From positions 320,001-384,000 of the forward strand of contig CAWAHW010000001.1 in assembly GCA_963781885.1 (NCBI GenBank): a DNA stretch of 64,000 bases. Reading direction: 5' to 3'. Made by a program: the position numbers and the translations under genes. This stretch comes from an uncultured Spirochaetota bacterium. Its GTDB lineage: Bacteria; Spirochaetota; Spirochaetia; SZUA-6; Fen-1364. The notes under the pieces were generated by a model. The model was not told the DNA's origin, did not search any database, and worked only from the letters and a program-made list of their open reading frames with translations. Of the stretch, positions 60,716 through 64,000 are shown piece by piece; positions within the stretch are counted from its first letter, which is position 1; each line of letters opens with the position of its first letter.

Positions 60716-60786
60716 AACGTACGTCAAGAAAGCGCCAATGTCAACAGTTAACAGGAGCTTGACGACCTCCCCTGCGCGAGTAGAAT
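60716..60786. promoter_or_regulatory. Divergent promoters between M24 and the ABC permeases
   Basis: Plus: TTGACG (60759-60764), N16, TAGAAT (60781-60786). Minus: TTGACA (60744-60739), N17, TACGTT. Confidence 0.55.
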
Positions 60787-60836
60787 GGCCAGAGCGTCCA
60801 GTTGAGCTGCCATCGTTGTGCGCCAAGGAGAGCCTG

Positions 60837-61781
60837 ATGAAGCTGCAACCGAGAAGCTTCATTCCCTATGTCATCCTGATTGCGCTGATCGTGAGCACCT
60901 CGGCTCTGCAGCCGAACATCGTCAGTCTCGACTGGCTGGGAATCAAGACGAATTCCATCCTGCCGCTTGCCTTGGCCACGGCCGGCCAGACGCTCGTGCT
61001 TTTCACCGGCGGCATCGACCTCTCCATCGGCGGGGTGATCAGCCTCACGAACAGTCTCGAAGGCACGCGGATGTCCAACAGCGTGGAAAGCGTCGTGCTG
61101 TTCACGCTGGGCATGCTCGTGCTCGGTCTCCTCCTGGGCGCCGTGAATGGCATCATCATCGTGCGCGTCGGCCTCCAGCCCTTCATTGCCACGCTCGTCA
61201 CGTGGTCCATCTACGGCGGGCTCGCGCTCTGGATCCTGCCCACGGACCGAGGCAACGTGCCGCAGGGCTTCATCGACGTGCTGCTTGCCCACCCGGCGGG
61301 CATACCCGTGTCCCTCATGCTTCTCGTGGTACTCGGCCTTTTCTGGCTCTATCTGAAAAGGACGCCGCTGGGCAAGTCGATCCTGTCCCTGGGAAGCAAC
61401 GCAAAGGCAGCCGCCCTCAGCGGCATCAACGTGGACAGGGTGCGTCTCACCGTCTATGCCCTGTCGGGATTCTTCGCCGCCACCGCGGGCATCTACCGCA
61501 CGGCGCAGGTCGCGTCGGGCTCGCCGACGGCGGGCAACAGCTTCATCCTGCTCTCCGTGTCCGCCGCCGTCATCGGCGGCACGAGCCTCTCCGGCGGCAG
61601 GGGCAGCATCATCGGCAGCATCATCGGCGTGTGCGTCCTGAAGCTGATCGGCGACCTGCTGGTGTTTTCCGGTGTCTCCTCCCACTGGGCGGCGCTCTTC
61701 CAGGGGCTGCTCCTCATCTTCATCATCGCTTTTGTCTCGATCACCGAGCTGGTGAAGCGCCGGCGGGAGGGCCTGCTATGA
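60837..61781 (+). CDS. Sugar ABC permease (RbsC-type)
   Basis: GQTLVLFTGGIDLSIG, PFIATL, GSNAKAAALSGI, AAVIGGTSLSGGRG. Confidence 0.93.
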   Translation: MKLQPRSFIPYVILIALIVSTSALQPNIVSLDWLGIKTNSILPLALATAGQTLVLFTGGIDLSIGGVISLTNSLEGTRMSNSVESVVLFTLGMLVLGLLLGAVNGIIIVRVGLQPFIATLVTWSIYGGLALWILPTDRGNVPQGFIDVLLAHPAGIPVSLMLLVVLGLFWLYLKRTPLGKSILSLGSNAKAAALSGINVDRVRLTVYALSGFFAATAGIYRTAQVASGSPTAGNSFILLSVSAAVIGGTSLSGGRGSIIGSIIGVCVLKLIGDLLVFSGVSSHWAALFQGLLLIFIIAFVSITELVKRRREGLL

Positions 61782-62717
61782 AGAGCCTCCCTGCCTTCTA
61801 TCGCTCCAACCGGGCGATCCTGCTGAGCTATGCCTGCGCGCTCCTCATATTCGTCGTCATCACGGTGATCAGCCCGGGCTTCGCGGGGGCGCGCCACATC
61901 CGGATCCTCCTCATCGATGCGTCGGTGATCGGCCTCATCGCCCTCGGCCAGACCTTCGTCATCATCACGGGCGGCATCGACGTCTCCATTCCGTGGACCG
62001 TCAATTGCGCGGCGGTCTTTCTCACGCTTTTCACCGGCGGTCACGATGCACACCTCTGGTACATCATCCCCCTCCTGCTCGCCGGCACCACCTTCATCGG
62101 GCTCCTGAACGGCCTGGGCATCGCGTACCTTGAAATCCCGCCCATCATCATGACGCTCGGCATGAACTCGATCCTGCTCGGAGGGAATGCTCGGAATCAC
62201 GGGGGGAAGACCGGGCGGTGAGGCGCCCCGCTTCGTCCAACTCATCGCCAACGGCAACCTGGGTCCCATCCCCTACATCGTGATCATCTGGATCGTGCTG
62301 ATCGTGGCGGCAACGGTGGTCCTGCGAAAGACCGCATTCGGCCGGCAGCTCTATTTCCTGGGCAACAACGAATCGGTCGCGCTCTTTTCCGGTGTCAACG
62401 TGCGCTTCACGAAGATGATCGTCTATTGCCTCAGCGGACTGACCGCGGGCCTGGGAGGCATCCTCCTGGCAGGCAGGATCGGGCAGAGCTATCTCGGCAT
62501 GGGGGATCCCTATCTCTTCCAGTCTGTCATCGTCGTCATCATCGGCGGGGCGTCGATCCTGGGCGGAAGCGGCCAGTACATCGGCACGGTGGCGGGCGCC
62601 TTCATCCTCACGATCATCAACGGTCTGCTGCCCGTCTTCAACATCCCCACGTCGGCGCAGCAGATCGTCTACGGATTCGTGCTGTTCTTCGCCGTGCTCC
62701 TGACGAGCGTCCTGTAG
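61778..62717 (+). CDS. Sugar ABC permease (RbsC-type; frameshift near 62183)
   Basis: GQTFVIITGGIDVS and PPIIMTLGM, then after one extra G: GNNESVALFSGV, IIGGASILGGSG. Confidence 0.9.
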
Positions 62718-62767
62718 CCGGCGGCGCCACCCCACGGCCGACGCGGCCTCCCCGGGCATTCGCGCCT

Positions 62768-63904
62768 TCAGGGCGTGGGCATGCCTTTTCTGGACAGCAC
62801 CGTGCGAAGGATGCCCATGCGCCGCGCGCCGTCCTCCGCGTCTTCTGCCATGACGTAGATGCTCAGGCCCTTGTTGGGGAGCGTGTCGCAGATCAGCTCC
62901 ACTTCCTGCTCGAAAAGCTCCATGCCCACCGCGCCCTGCGTGAAATTGATGAGAAGGCATTTGCCGCTTTCCTGCGTCTTCTTGAATGCGGGCAGGAGCT
63001 CCCGGATGGAAGGGCCGATGGCTTCCGGCTCCCGGTTGATCTCGAGGATGGTCATGTTCTCCATCGCCAGGAGCTGGTCAAGGACGAAAAGCGAGACGGG
63101 ATGCAGATGATAGAAGATCGACGGGAATCCGCGCGCAATCGCCGCGTGGTTTGCCGCGACGAACTCGGTGTAGATCGCTGGTGACAGGAAGGCCATGGCA
63201 TCGTCCTGCACGTACTGGCAGACCTCGGGTGTCCAGACACCGTAGCCGTTGACCGTGGAGCCGCCGAATCCGGCCGTGGCCGTGATCTCGTTCTGCATGT
63301 GCGCGACATTGAGAAAGAGCCTGCTGTAGGACGCGCACATCGCCTGAATCTTTTCAGGGTTGTCGTAGCACTCCAGCGGCAGGCGCGTCTGGCCGAGCGC
63401 CGCCGCCATCATGTCCACGGGGCCGCGCAGGTGGGACGAGCTGGACAGGGGATAGGAGCCGCCGATTTTTTGAACAAGGGCCTTCTGGAGCTCCAGCAGC
63501 TTTGCAAACCATTTGTTGTCGCTGAGATCAGGGTCCTCGTGAAAGTCACTCCACGATTCGATGCACGGGTTCGCGTAGAAGGTGTTTTCAGTGGAGTAGA
63601 TCGGGCAGCCGATGATGGCTTCCATCCACGGGATGTAGACGTAGGGAACAACGGGCCAGTACAGATCGCCGCCGATCTGCTCGTTCATGGAGAGGAGACG
63701 TTCCACGTCGCGGAGGAAGCGTTCCGTGTCGATCTGCTCGGGCCGTACCTCTCCCTCAGCAGGGATCACGGCGTTGGTGTCCCGATACATCTTGCGGTAT
63801 TCACGATCCCAGATGTGGACGCCGATGAGCGGGCGGGCCATTTCCCGCCGGGCGACGAAGGAATTGTGCGCACCGATGCGTTTCGCGCGATCGGGTGCCA
63901 TCAT
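62768..63904 (-). CDS. Divergent UroD/MtaA-like TIM-barrel protein
   Basis: HLRGPVDMMAAALG...YDNPE, VQDDAMAFLSP.IY.EF, FYHLH. Confidence 0.65.
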   Translation of the reverse strand: MMAPDRAKRIGAHNSFVARREMARPLIGVHIWDREYRKMYRDTNAVIPAEGEVRPEQIDTERFLRDVERLLSMNEQIGGDLYWPVVPYVYIPWMEAIIGCPIYSTENTFYANPCIESWSDFHEDPDLSDNKWFAKLLELQKALVQKIGGSYPLSSSSHLRGPVDMMAAALGQTRLPLECYDNPEKIQAMCASYSRLFLNVAHMQNEITATAGFGGSTVNGYGVWTPEVCQYVQDDAMAFLSPAIYTEFVAANHAAIARGFPSIFYHLHPVSLFVLDQLLAMENMTILEINREPEAIGPSIRELLPAFKKTQESGKCLLINFTQGAVGMELFEQEVELICDTLPNKGLSIYVMAEDAEDGARRMGILRTVLSRKGMPTP

Positions 63905-64000
63905 GCCCTCCGCGCCGGGCGCTGTATCACTTCGAATATCGTGCCGCCGTATCGCCTCGTGTCCAGGTGCGCGAAGCCGCCCGTCTTTGTCTTTCCGCTC
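63901..64000 (-). CDS. VOC/glyoxalase family protein, 3' end (partial)
   Basis: Reads ...SGKTKTGGFAHLDTRRYGGTIFEVIQRPARRA*, a typical VOC C-terminus; stop overlaps the next ATG. Confidence 0.6.
   Translation of the reverse strand, partial: SGKTKTGGFAHLDTRRYGGTIFEVIQRPARRA

Overview
GC-rich bacterial chromosome segment, very probably a free-living spirochaete (Spirochaetia). The co-directional order recF-DUF721/dciA-rpmH-rnpA-yidD-yidC-jag and the rpmH C-terminus are spirochaete-like, which would put oriC/dnaN just left of the window. After this core come: two SDRs; an ECF sigma/ZAS anti-sigma/B-box membrane protein/DUF432/MscS operon; purA; an SH3 lipoprotein divergent from an alpha-2-macroglobulin-pbpC pair; a large sugar locus (GH78, CUT1 ABC, DeoR, SDR, GH63-like, FucI-like isomerase, split transketolase, FGGY kinase); an HTH regulator with a TPR/double-retropepsin lipoprotein; a divergent uronate-isomerase-like/DeoR/class II aldolase/GH5 operon; MarR-MFS; prpBCD; ABC-F, nth, gap and PTS IIA; and a long catabolic cluster (2-hydroxyacid DH, enolase-superfamily dehydratase, Gfo, SDR, two UroD/MtaA-like barrels, CUT2 ABC split over two strands, M24 hydrolase, VOC). 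Six genes, including yidC and gap, carry small frameshifts that look like long-read assembly errors. I saw no rRNA, tRNA, CRISPR array or transposase. The best candidates for undescribed biology are the three orphan catabolic clusters, the DUF432-MscS module, a structured 130-bp-period repeat upstream of gap, and a perfect-SD micro-ORF upstream of an ABC binding protein. All calls come from motif recognition by eye; no database searches were run.
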